A DNA stretch of 34,380 nucleotides from Thermoplasmata archaeon (lineage in GTDB: Archaea; Thermoplasmatota; Thermoplasmata; Lutacidiplasmatales; UBA184): assembly GCA_030040625.1 (NCBI GenBank), contig JASHTI010000044.1:1-34380 (forward strand), written 5' to 3'. Shown piece after piece: positions 34,288 to 34,380 of the stretch. A program made the translations under genes and the position numbers. The first letter of the stretch is position 1. The number at the start of each line of letters is the position of its first letter. The notes under the pieces are model-generated. The model searched no databases and had not been told where the DNA came from. It saw nothing but the letters and a program-made list of their open reading frames with translations.

Positions 34288-34380
34288 CCCGCCCGCTCAC
34301 CGGACGGCCGAGGCGTGCCGGTGGACGGACTCGCGCCCCAGCGAGCGACGGGAACGGGGCTCCGAGGGTTCCGGCGGTTC

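Noticed and set aside
555-34300. Many long Arg/Pro/Gly/Ala-rich ORFs in the track (e.g. 8196-10037, 10378-12414, 12308-14602, 23858-25792, 26753-28555)
   Set aside because: Off-frame or antisense shadows of real genes, caused by stop-codon scarcity in GC-rich DNA; no recognisable motifs.
34240-34380. Structured ncRNA (RNase P or SRP-like) at the right edge
   Set aside because: Only small hairpins and no diagnostic motifs; 34297-34380 reads open on the minus strand and is probably the 3' end of the next gene.

Overview
Very GC-rich archaeal chromosomal segment (roughly 70-75% GC by eye). The archaeal 23S rRNA with its own BRE/TATA promoter and no 16S gene upstream, the archaeal tRNAs and a COG3388-like wHTH gene suggest a high-GC Thermoplasmata lineage; this taxonomy is inference. 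The left part (1-12 kb) holds the 5' end of 23S rRNA, Tag glycosylase and a co-directional trio of class II glutamine amidotransferase, Pol-beta-family nucleotidyltransferase and solo Cas4-like nuclease. It also holds two A-type Fe-S carriers (one with Gly/Cys-rich expansions), a class III adenylate cyclase-TPR protein, an MFS transporter, and a tRNA-Asn/tRNA-Ile2 pair. The tRNA-Asn carries a 32-nt intron in the T-loop (59/60). The right part (12-33 kb) looks like an anaerobic amino-acid/2-oxoacid fermentation region. It encodes an ADP-forming acyl-CoA synthetase, carbamate kinase, IlvE, a POR/VOR-type 2-oxoacid:ferredoxin oxidoreductase operon and a bacterial-style group 3b [NiFe]-hydrogenase operon with unusual accessory genes. 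Between the last two operons sit a stand-alone Pat-like GNAT, a two-component system (NifL-like PAS kinase plus REC-DUF835-like-wHTH regulator) and a pseudo-receiver. No CRISPR array, integrase or transposase was seen. All family assignments come from motif recognition by eye, not database searches.
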